Source: a bacterium
GTDB taxonomy: Bacteria; Arandabacterota; Arandabacteria; Arandabacterales; JALGWA01
Assembly (NCBI GenBank): GCA_050125095.1
Contig: JASFEA010000095.1
Span: forward strand, 1 to 12,090
Reading direction: 5' to 3'
DNA length: 12,090 nucleotides
Below the pieces are notes generated by a model. The model saw only the letters and a list, made by a program, of their open reading frames with translations. It was not told where the DNA came from and did no database searches. A program made the position numbers and the translations under genes. Shown here piece after piece: positions 1 to 7,500 of the stretch (position 1 is the stretch's first letter; the number at the start of each line of letters is the position of its first letter).

Positions 1-1988
1 ATGTCGGCGTGCTCAACCGGCACGCCGTTCTCCACCACGCCGATTGCCGTTAGAATGTCGGGGATGAGCGGTACGTAGACGAGCCTGTCTTCGGGGACCA
101 CGTCCATCTTGAAGGCTATGCCCAGGGTGGATGAGTTCATGTTCTCGAATGTCGATGCCACCAGCGGTACGCCCCCTGGAAGTTCGAGCGTCTCGTAGTC
201 GAGGTGCTCGTCCAGGGTCATGGGCGGGTTGTCGATGAATTCGGGCAGGGTCTGGCCGGCCGCGATTCTGTCGAGCTCCTCCGTGTCGGCGTCGAAGCCC
301 TTTTTGTACTCGGCGATTGCGGCCCGGTCATCCTCGATCCCGTACTCCTTCTTGAAGCGCGCCAGGCAGGAGGTTATGCGCTCTTGCTTGGCTTCGCGGA
401 GGCCCTTGATCATATCCGGGTCCGGTGTTGCGCCGATTGCGTACGGCTGGACCTCGAGAAGGCGCCAGGTTACCATGAGATCCTTCCAGGGGTTCCCACC
501 CGAGCCGAGCAGGGCCTCGGCGTATTCGAAATGCCCGCTCATGGCCAGAGATTTCCTGAAGCCCTCATCGTTCTCGAGGTATTCAAGGGTGGACAGCCAT
601 GTCCCCGCCGGGCCCCTGCGCGCCCCGAACATGGGCGGGGAATTGAGATAGTCGTCCATCTGCTTCTTTCTGCGGATCAGGTGGCTCCGTACCCTGCCGT
701 TGAACTCCTCCAGTTCCTCCGACCCGTCTTCGAGACCGGCGATGCGAACCAGCTCTTCCGTAATAATCGTGCGTACGCTGTCCACCCAGGCCTCTGTTAC
801 ATACTCATTGTTGAGCCCCTCGAGAGCCATCCATATGGGCCTGCCCTCGTAATCGGGGGTCCAGTACCACACCGTGTTTCCCCCGATGTTTATCTTCCGG
901 GTCTCGGAGTTGATGAAGAGGTCGTAGAGGTTGGACGTCGAGCCGTCGGCGAACGTGGAGAGGAAAAGGTCGAGCATCAACAGGTCATCGTTGTTGATGC
1001 TGAGATGTGCTGGCCACGCGAAGTACATGCGGCCGGGGTCCTGCTTATTATCGCTGGGGAATGCGACGAGCTTGATCGTGCCGTAGGGCGCCGGCCGCGG
1101 CCCCGGCATTGCGTAGGCGCCCATGCCGAGGTTTTCGCTCTCCGTGGGCTGCGGCTGGCATGTCTCGAGGATCTTGCTAGTGCGCCCGAGGAAGTCATCC
1201 ACCGGGATATCGTCCGGAATGGATACGATCATGCCCATATTGGCCAGATGATAATAGGAGTCATGGAATACGCGGAGGTCCTCGGCCGTGCAGTTCCTTA
1301 TGTCGGCGGGATTTCCGCCCGAGACGTATGAAGCCGGGTGGGCGTCGCCGTATATCAGCCGGGCCATGGCGTTGCCGTAATGGTACCATGGCCTCTCGAA
1401 GGAGCTTACCATCTCCGTGTACACCGTGCCCTTCTCTTCTATTTCCAGGTCCCCGGTCTCCGCGTTCTCGGTCACCCCGATATGACACATCTCCCGGCGG
1501 ATTTCCTCATCGGTGTAGTCGGGCTGCAAAAGCGCCATCAGCTTTGCCTCGAGGAGTTCGTAGAAGGCCTCGGTGCCCGCGATGGTGTTGAAGTGATAGC
1601 AGGTCTTGAGCTGGGCCGTATAGGCCGTGCTGCCGCCGAGCGACATGTCCTCCAGGGCGGCCACGTACCGGCCGCGGTTGCCCTTGCCCAGAAGCAGGTG
1701 CTCGCATGTGTGCGGCTCGCCCCTGCTCGAAGTGGGAGGGGTCTTGACCCAGAAGAAGGCCTGCGGCACCGACTGAATGCGCATCACATCCACGATGAAG
1801 CCGTACCGCTCGGATATGAACCTGGCTCCCATGGTCTTGCCGGCGGCATTCTCGTACAGGTTGGCTACGGAGAACCCGTGTATGGACTTGTCCGGCTTCA
1901 GGTTATCCAAGTAGTCGTCCCCCTGCGCCGGCCCGGCCGCCGCGATGAAGAGCGCCGAGACGATGACGACAGCGACTTTTTTCAGCAT
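1..1988 (-). CDS. Secreted M16C-family (PreP/Cym1-like) zinc metallopeptidase, 3'-truncated by the window edge
   Basis: Manual translation from the ATG at 1988, with GGAGGT SD just upstream: MLKKVAVVIVSALFIAAAGPAQG|DD (Sec-type signal), inverted zinc motif HTCEH (HxxEH), KGTVYTEM (cf. PreP KGVVYNEM, third ligand Glu) and SGGNPADIRNCTAEDLRVFHDSYYHLAN. The frame stays open in the stretches I translated and at position 1. It is missing from the ORF track, which is consistent with having no stop in the window. An in-frame ATG at 2000 is an alternative start. Confidence 0.88.
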   Translation of the reverse strand, partial: MLKKVAVVIVSALFIAAAGPAQGDDYLDNLKPDKSIHGFSVANLYENAAGKTMGARFISERYGFIVDVMRIQSVPQAFFWVKTPPTSSRGEPHTCEHLLLGKGNRGRYVAALEDMSLGGSTAYTAQLKTCYHFNTIAGTEAFYELLEAKLMALLQPDYTDEEIRREMCHIGVTENAETGDLEIEEKGTVYTEMVSSFERPWYHYGNAMARLIYGDAHPASYVSGGNPADIRNCTAEDLRVFHDSYYHLANMGMIVSIPDDIPVDDFLGRTSKILETCQPQPTESENLGMGAYAMPGPRPAPYGTIKLVAFPSDNKQDPGRMYFAWPAHLSINNDDLLMLDLFLSTFADGSTSNLYDLFINSETRKINIGGNTVWYWTPDYEGRPIWMALEGLNNEYVTEAWVDSVRTIITEELVRIAGLEDGSEELEEFNGRVRSHLIRRKKQMDDYLNSPPMFGARRGPAGTWLSTLEYLENDEGFRKSLAMSGHFEYAEALLGSGGNPWKDLMVTWRLLEVQPYAIGATPDPDMIKGLREAKQERITSCLARFKKEYGIEDDRAAIAEYKKGFDADTEELDRIAAGQTLPEFIDNPPMTLDEHLDYETLELPGGVPLVASTFENMNSSTLGIAFKMDVVPEDRLVYVPLIPDILTAIGVVENGVPVEHAD

Positions 1989-2122
1989 GTTTACCTCCAT
2001 TTGGATTCCAGGCCAATGCGCGCCGGCTCCGGGGAGCCGCGCGGCCGTCGGCCGGATATGCATACAAGGTTGGACTGGTAGTGTAAGACTCAAGCATATA
2101 TGTGGCTGCTACTCTCCCATAT

Positions 2123-2150
2123 ATCATATTAAACCCGACCGGCCCGTCAA
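2123..2150 (-). promoter_or_regulatory. Putative sigma70 promoter for the M16C peptidase
   Basis: TTGACG (2150-2145)-N16-TATGAT (2128-2123) on the minus strand, in the divergent intergenic region. Confidence 0.5.
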
Positions 2151-2162
2151 GTCTTGAAACCT

Positions 2163-2192
2163 TTGGCAAAACGGGTCGAGCGAATGTAAAAT
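2163..2192 (+). promoter_or_regulatory. Putative sigma70 promoter for the DUF72 gene (leaderless geometry)
   Basis: TTGGCA (2163-2168)-N18-TAAAAT (2187-2192). The ATG at 2199 follows after 6 nt, with no SD. Confidence 0.5.
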
Positions 2193-2198
2193 CGGGCC

Positions 2199-3053
2199 AT
2201 GGCGGCACTGCGAATCGGCACATGCAGCTGGAAGTTCGAGTCCTGGGCGGGCCTGGTCTATTCCGGGAAGGACAAGGCGGGCTACCTCAGGCAATACGCC
2301 GGGCGCTACGACACGGTTGAGATCGACCAGTGGTTCTGGTCGCTCTTCGGCAAGGACAAGGTAGCGCTCCCCGGGCCGGAGACCGTGAGCGAATACGCAT
2401 CTTCGGTGCCGGCCGGTTTCAGGTTCAGCGTAAAGGTGCCCAACAGCGTCACTCTTACCCATTTCTACAAGAAAGCCAAAACCGACCCCTTGATCGGCAA
2501 CCCGCACTTTCTCTCCGTCGACCTGTTCAAGCGCTTCCTGGAGACCCTCGAGCCCATGGGAAAGAAGCTGGGACCCGTCATGTTTCAGTTCGAATATCTC
2601 AACAAGCAGAAAATGGCGTCTCCGGCGGCCTTTCTCGAGCAGTTCGGCGATTTCATATCGAAGTGCCCGCCGGGATACCGGTACTGCCTGGAGATCAGGA
2701 ATCCCGACTATCTGACGGACGCCTATTTCGACTTCCTGAAGGACCACGGCCTCTGTCATGTATTCCTTCACGGCTATTACATGCCGTCGATATTCGATAT
2801 TTACCGCAGGTTCTCCGCGCATATAAGGAAACTCGTGGTAATCCGGCTTCACGGGCCGAGCCGGAGCGACATCGAGGCCAAGACGAAGAAGAAGTGGGAC
2901 AAGATCGTGGAGCCCAGAGACCGGGAACTCGATTCGCTCAAGAAAATGCTGGACGACCTGCGGAACCGGAGAGTAACCACCTATTTGAACGTCAACAATC
3001 ACTATGAGGGCTCGGCGCCCCTGACTATAGAACGCATAAAGTCGAGGCTCTGA
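2199..3053 (+). CDS. DUF72 (YecE/YunF-like) domain protein
   Basis: Typical DUF72 motifs: RIGTCSWKFESWAG, YAGRYDTVEID, FRFSVKVPNSVTLTH, KLGPVMFQF, LEIRN, IRLHG, YLNVNNHYEGSAP. Confidence 0.9.
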   Translation: MAALRIGTCSWKFESWAGLVYSGKDKAGYLRQYAGRYDTVEIDQWFWSLFGKDKVALPGPETVSEYASSVPAGFRFSVKVPNSVTLTHFYKKAKTDPLIGNPHFLSVDLFKRFLETLEPMGKKLGPVMFQFEYLNKQKMASPAAFLEQFGDFISKCPPGYRYCLEIRNPDYLTDAYFDFLKDHGLCHVFLHGYYMPSIFDIYRRFSAHIRKLVVIRLHGPSRSDIEAKTKKKWDKIVEPRDRELDSLKKMLDDLRNRRVTTYLNVNNHYEGSAPLTIERIKSRL

Positions 3054-3126
3054 CGCCCGGGCCGCTACAATCCTTGTTGACCGAGGGCCCGGCTGGCGCA
3101 ATACTTCGGATTGGGAGGTGTTCGAT

Positions 3127-4191
3127 ATGGCGAGATCCAGGAAGCGTGCGTCCAGGAAGTCGGGATTGCCGCCGGGGACCCTGGTTGCCACAGGCGGCGG
3201 GGCGCCGGGCAAGATGCGAATTACCCTCATCGACTACACCGAGGGCGCATTAGAGGAACGGGAAATAGAAAATGTGGAAGAGTGCTTCCCATTCAAGGGA
3301 AAGCCGTCGGTCACATGGATAAACGTCGACTCGGTTCTGGATGTCGATGTGGTCGGCAAGATCGGGGCCCATTTCGGGCTGCACCCCCTTGTCATGGAGG
3401 ACATTGTCGATACCAACCAGCGCCCCAAGGTGGAGGACTTCGGGGACCTTGTCTTTGTGGTGTTGATGATGCTGTACGTGGACAAGAACGGGGCGGGTTT
3501 AAGCGGTGAACAGGTAAGCCTGATAGTGGGTCCGGATTTTGTCATATCTTTCCAGGAGAGGCCCGGAGACGTATTTGAACCTATAAGGGAGCGGCTCCGC
3601 AAGAAGAAGGGGCGCGTTAGGAGCATGGGAGCCGACTATCTGGCCTATGCCCTGATCGACGCCATCGTGGACAACTACTTCAGTATAGTCGAATGGTTCG
3701 GAGACAAGACCGAGGAGATCGAAAACGATCTCATTACCAATCCCACGGCCGAGATGCTCCACGCTATCTACGGGCTCAAGAGGGAATTGCTCTTCGTCAA
3801 GAAGTCGGTCTGGCCGCTACGCGAGGTCATAAACAGCCTGCAGCGCGGCGAGTCCGGGATATTCCGGGAAGGCACCGTCATGTATCTGCGGGACGTGTAT
3901 GACCACACCATACAGGTGATTGACACGGTCGAATCGCAGAGGGACATCATGGTGGCGATGCGGGACACTTACCTCTCCAGCGTGAGCAACAGGATGAATG
4001 AGGTAATGAAAGTGCTCACGATCATAGCGACCATCTTCATTCCCATCACTTTCGTCGCGGGGATATACGGAATGAACTTCGAATTCATGCCCGAGCTGGC
4101 CTGGCCATGGGGATATTTCGGAGCCCTCGGGCTCATGGGGGCTGTAAGCATGGTCATGGTTATTTACTTCAGGCGCAAGGGGTGGCTGTGA
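3127..4191 (+). CDS. corA: Magnesium/cobalt transporter CorA
   Basis: GLPPGTL N-terminus, GLHPLVMEDI, NQRPKVED, two C-terminal TM helices with YGMNF and the MPEL loop. ATG at 3127 lies behind GGAGGT (3114-3119), so it is preferred over the GTG at 3118. Confidence 0.97.
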   Translation: MARSRKRASRKSGLPPGTLVATGGGAPGKMRITLIDYTEGALEEREIENVEECFPFKGKPSVTWINVDSVLDVDVVGKIGAHFGLHPLVMEDIVDTNQRPKVEDFGDLVFVVLMMLYVDKNGAGLSGEQVSLIVGPDFVISFQERPGDVFEPIRERLRKKKGRVRSMGADYLAYALIDAIVDNYFSIVEWFGDKTEEIENDLITNPTAEMLHAIYGLKRELLFVKKSVWPLREVINSLQRGESGIFREGTVMYLRDVYDHTIQVIDTVESQRDIMVAMRDTYLSSVSNRMNEVMKVLTIIATIFIPITFVAGIYGMNFEFMPELAWPWGYFGALGLMGAVSMVMVIYFRRKGWL

Positions 4192-4934
4192 GCAGGGGTG
4201 AGACCGCATCCGGGAAACCGCATCGTATTGACTGCTTCGACCTGGAGCCCGGGCGAGTGATTGCGGGAAAGTACAGGATTCTGTCGAAACTCGGTTCCGG
4301 CTGGGAGAGCGAGGTATTCAGAATAGCAGAGGTGCGGACGGATATAGAGCGCACGGCGAAGCTCTTCTTCCCCGAGCGGAATCCCGGTGACCGGACCTTG
4401 AAACGCTATGCGAGGAAGCTCCACAAGCTCAGGCATTGCCCCATCGTAATTCAATACCATACCGAGGATACCTTCAGGTACAGGGGCCGGAAGGTGTCGT
4501 TTCTCATCTCGGAATACGTCATGGGAGAAACGCTTGCCGACTTCATGAAGGAGCGTCCGGGCAGGCGTTTGGGGCCGTTCGAGGCCGTGCACCTGCTTTA
4601 CACGCTGGCAAGGGGCGTTGAGGCCATACACCGTCTGGGCGAATACCACGGCGATCTCCATGACGACAATGTGATCGTCAGCCGCTTCGGCCTCGAATTC
4701 GAGGTCAAGCTTCTCGACCTTTTCCACTGGGACAGCCCCAAGCGGGAAAACAGGAAAGCCGACATCTGTGAACTGGTCCGGCTTCTCTACGAGACTACCG
4801 GAGGAGCGCGTTTCTATGCGAGGCAACCGCTGGCTATCAGGTATATATGCAGCGGCCTGAAGCGGTCGCTGATCTTAAAGAAGTTCCCTACCGTATCGAG
4901 ACTGTGTCAGCACCTCGAGACCATGGAGTGGTAA
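4188..4934 (+). CDS. Stand-alone minimal protein-kinase-like protein
   Basis: KYRILSKLGSGWESEV Gly loop, TAKLF catalytic Lys, LISEYVMGETL hinge, HGDLHDDN catalytic loop, VKLLDLF. The likely GTG start at 4188 overlaps the corA stop (GTGA); the exact start is uncertain. Confidence 0.82.
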   Translation: MSRGETASGKPHRIDCFDLEPGRVIAGKYRILSKLGSGWESEVFRIAEVRTDIERTAKLFFPERNPGDRTLKRYARKLHKLRHCPIVIQYHTEDTFRYRGRKVSFLISEYVMGETLADFMKERPGRRLGPFEAVHLLYTLARGVEAIHRLGEYHGDLHDDNVIVSRFGLEFEVKLLDLFHWDSPKRENRKADICELVRLLYETTGGARFYARQPLAIRYICSGLKRSLILKKFPTVSRLCQHLETMEW

Positions 4935-4964
4935 GAGGCGCTGGCCCGTGAGCAGGGGGCGGCC

Positions 4965-5912
4965 TCAGGGTTTTCCGGGGGGGGGCCCGGGTCCCTCAGG
5001 GCGCATGCTTCCGGACTTCCCCTCGGTGCGGTTGTCGTAGAAGCGGGTAGTGGGGTAGGCGAAGTCGATGTCGTCGTGTTCTGAGAACGCGAGCAGTATG
5101 TCCTCCCAGATGGCCTGCTCTGTGCCTCGCCGCTTGCGGGGTTCGCAGAGATACCTGACCGTAAGAAGGACTCCACAATCTTCGACGCGCAGATAAACGG
5201 TCGGCGTGAGCTTCCTGTAGAATATCATGAACCTCCGCGCGGCTTCCCTGAGGCGCCTTTCGGCCACCTCGCCCATGGAGGCGGCGTGGCGCGTACCTAT
5301 ATCCAGGAGGATTTCCCGGGCTTTCTTCCAGTCACTCTCGAAGGTTATTAGGACGGGTATTTCGTTCCAGATGTATTTGAATCCCTTGCTGTAATTTGCA
5401 ATCGCCTCCGTAAAGACCTTGCCGTTGGGGATGTGTATGACCCTGCCGGTGCTCTGGTCGGCGTCGACCCAGTTTCCTATTTCCATAAGCGTGAACTGGA
5501 ACACGCGTATGTCTATGACGTCGCCGGCATTCTGGCCGATCTGGATCCTGTCGCCAACTTCGAGGGGTTTGCGCCAGACGATGAAAAGCCACCCGGCCAG
5601 GTTCGCCAGGGGGTCTTTGAGAGCGATCGCTATTCCGGCCGAGACCAGGCCCAGGAATGTAGCCAGCGACTGGAAGCCCCGGAACCAGACCCTGCCGAGA
5701 ACGAGAGCGCCTATGAGGAAGATCAGGTAGCCCGAGAGTTTCCGGAACCGGTAACGCGTGTATACGTCTTCTATTCTCGGTATTACCACGCGAATGACTA
5801 TGGTGCGGATTATGTAGAGCGCCAGCACGGTGATACCGCTGATGATCACCTTGGTTGCGGACTGGGCGCTCAGGTCGAATGTCTGCTGCAACCACAAGCT
5901 CACATATTCCAT
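4965..5912 (-). CDS. mscS: MscS-family small-conductance mechanosensitive channel
   Basis: N-terminal TM helices, LGLVSAGIAIALKDPLANLAGW pore helix, KPLEVGDRIQIG, GDVIDI, IHIPNG and the C-terminal IDFAYPT. GGGAG SD. The symbol is a family-level assignment. Confidence 0.92.
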   Translation of the reverse strand: MEYVSLWLQQTFDLSAQSATKVIISGITVLALYIIRTIVIRVVIPRIEDVYTRYRFRKLSGYLIFLIGALVLGRVWFRGFQSLATFLGLVSAGIAIALKDPLANLAGWLFIVWRKPLEVGDRIQIGQNAGDVIDIRVFQFTLMEIGNWVDADQSTGRVIHIPNGKVFTEAIANYSKGFKYIWNEIPVLITFESDWKKAREILLDIGTRHAASMGEVAERRLREAARRFMIFYRKLTPTVYLRVEDCGVLLTVRYLCEPRKRRGTEQAIWEDILLAFSEHDDIDFAYPTTRFYDNRTEGKSGSMRPEGPGPPPGKP

Positions 5913-5937
5913 CGTCGCTTCTCCCTAAAGAGTCCGG

Positions 5938-6339
5938 CTAGGGCGTCTCCGGCACCGGCAGGACCGTCCTCCAGACTGCAAGCCATGTCCCCTTCCGGCG
6001 TGTGAATACGAAGAGATCGTATCCGGCGTCCTGGTGGGACTGTCCGTCAATTTCGTAGTCTATATCGAACTTATAGGATGCGACGGCCGTGTCGCCCCAC
6101 ACGAGAACCACGTGCTGCGATTCCGCAAGTTTCTGGATATTCGCCATGCCGGCGAACTCCCTGTACGAGTCGACACACGCCTTTCTGCCCTCGCCATGAA
6201 TGCCGAATCCCGGCCGGGCGATGATCATGTCCTCATGGAAATATCTCTTCAGTTCGTCGGTCTCGCCTTTGACCCATGCCGCGTTAATGGCCCTGAGAAT
6301 ATCCACGATTTCTTCGCGGTCTCTTTCTGCATCTGTCAT
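5938..6339 (-). CDS. NTF2-like / SnoaL-like (DUF4440-type) protein
   Basis: Pattern INAAWVKGETDELKRYFHEDM...GDTAVA...DLFVFTRRKGTWLAV is typical of the NTF2-fold small proteins. AGGAGGT SD upstream of the ATG. Confidence 0.8.
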   Translation of the reverse strand: MTDAERDREEIVDILRAINAAWVKGETDELKRYFHEDMIIARPGFGIHGEGRKACVDSYREFAGMANIQKLAESQHVVLVWGDTAVASYKFDIDYEIDGQSHQDAGYDLFVFTRRKGTWLAVWRTVLPVPETP

Positions 6340-6380
6340 GGCCGACCTCCTTCAGGCGCAGGGAGCGGTTGGCTAGATAC

Positions 6381-6409
6381 ATTACAACGGGGCGCGCCAG
6401 GAAAATCAA
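6381..6409 (-). promoter_or_regulatory. Putative sigma70 promoter for the NTF2-like/mscS pair
   Basis: TTGATT (6409-6404)-N17-TGTAAT (6386-6381); the -10 is imperfect. Confidence 0.35.
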
Positions 6410-6426
6410 TGTGTTTATGAGGTGGG

Positions 6427-6897
6427 CTACCGGATCTCGGCCAGCTGCAGGTTCTTGATTATGAGATCGACTTCGGATCGCTCTGCGTCCTTGTACTCTA
6501 GATCGCACTCGTAGGTTATCTTGAACAATGTGTCCTCGCTCCTCAGGAACCATTCGCGCTGGTAGGTCCCGTCCTGAGCGTACTCGAATATGACGCCGTC
6601 CAGGTGTTCCGTCACGAGTTCGCGATAGGCCAGCCCCGCCGCGATGTTCTCTTTAGCGGCATCGAGCACATCATCGAGGCTTACGGCGCCAATGTCCCTG
6701 CGGCTGTAACCGATCTGCAGCGAGCCGACGCCATAGCGGCGGGCGAATATCTCTACATTGTCGAGTCTCAAGGCCTCCACAACGGCTGCAAAACGGTCAT
6801 CCGGCATAGCCAGGGCCGCCCGAAGAGTCTCTTCGTCGAGAATTCCCCACTCGTCGGGGAACATCGTGAACCAGCGGGACGATCTGAAATGCACCAT
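6427..6897 (-). CDS. Hypothetical protein (weak resemblance to PsbP/DcrB/DUF3805-like alpha/beta proteins)
   Basis: 156-aa ORF with a GGGAG SD that fills the gap between neighbours. The N-terminal WFTMFPDEW and C-terminal QREWFLRSEDTLFKITYEC followed by a terminal helix are reminiscent of that fold; the family call is tentative. Confidence 0.65.
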   Translation of the reverse strand: MVHFRSSRWFTMFPDEWGILDEETLRAALAMPDDRFAAVVEALRLDNVEIFARRYGVGSLQIGYSRRDIGAVSLDDVLDAAKENIAAGLAYRELVTEHLDGVIFEYAQDGTYQREWFLRSEDTLFKITYECDLEYKDAERSEVDLIIKNLQLAEIR

Positions 6898-6978
6898 ATG
6901 GTCTCCCTTTCCACGGATCTCCTGTTTCTTTATCGGTAGGGCGGCGGCCCGCCATTACCAGGATGTGGCCGCGGGACA

Positions 6979-7007
6979 TTGCGGGCGCACAGCGCCTGGG
7001 GTAGAAT
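6979..7007 (+). promoter_or_regulatory. Putative sigma70 promoter for the CMD/AhpD gene
   Basis: TTGCGG (6979-6984)-N17-TAGAAT (7002-7007). Confidence 0.45.
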
Positions 7008-7050
7008 AGGCAACAGCACCAACCGGCGATTGGCGAACAGGAGGTTTGGC

Positions 7051-7395
7051 ATGGGATCGAGATTATATGATTTTCGCAGGTACCGCGAAGAGATGAACGA
7101 GAAGATACTCGCGGCAGATCATATAGGAATCAAGCGCTTCTTCAGGTTGGACGGGGCGGCGTATGAAGACGGCGCCCTCTCCGGGAAAATCAAAGAGCTC
7201 CTCGGACTCGTGGCGTCAACCGTGCTTCGCTGCAATGACTGCGTCGATTACCACCTGATCCAGTGCGCGAAGGCGGGCTATACGGATGACGAGATTCTTG
7301 ATGCGCTCAACGTTGCCCTCATTGTCGGCGGAAGCATTGTGATTCCACACCTTCGCCACGCCTATGAGACCATGGAGGTGTTGAGGAAGGAGTAG
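7051..7395 (+). CDS. Carboxymuconolactone decarboxylase / AhpD-family protein with CxxC
   Basis: GALSGKIKELLGLVASTVLRCNDCVDYHL (AhpD core E...CxxC..YH) and GGSIVIPHLR. ATG at 7051 lies behind AGGAGGT (7039-7045), so it is preferred over the TTG at 6979. Confidence 0.9.
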   Translation: MGSRLYDFRRYREEMNEKILAADHIGIKRFFRLDGAAYEDGALSGKIKELLGLVASTVLRCNDCVDYHLIQCAKAGYTDDEILDALNVALIVGGSIVIPHLRHAYETMEVLRKE

Positions 7396-7434
7396 AACCG
7401 GCGTGGGCCGATTTTGCGCCCCGGGGGAGCTCTT

Positions 7435-7496
7435 ACCGGCTACTCCTTCAGCGGCTCATGCGCCCTGCGGGCGTAGACCCGCTCAGGTGTCCCGGT
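7435..7496. repeat. Long imperfect REP-like hairpin between convergent genes
   Basis: Nested arms ACCGG..CCT..AGCGG..TGCGCCC-TGC-GGGCGTA..CCGCT..AGG..CCGGT. Single copy in this window. Confidence 0.45.
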
Positions 7497-7500
7497 TTCC

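Noticed and set aside
204-2081. Long plus-strand ORFs 204..1331 (375 aa) and 1338..2081 (247 aa)
   Set aside because: Antisense shadows of the minus-strand M16C peptidase. They have no motifs, and long antisense frames are common in GC-rich genes.
3040-3075. TACAAT at 3066-3071 as an internal corA promoter
   Set aside because: No convincing -35 at 16-18 nt spacing, so it is not supported enough to call.
2124-3230. 368-aa minus-strand ORF and 225-aa alternative plus-frame ORF
   Set aside because: They overlap the well-supported DUF72 gene and show no recognisable features.
4107-4187. Extended kinase N-terminus from the ATG at 4107
   Set aside because: It overlaps the corA TM-coding region by 85 nt. 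The GTG at 4188 (GTGA overlap) is more plausible.
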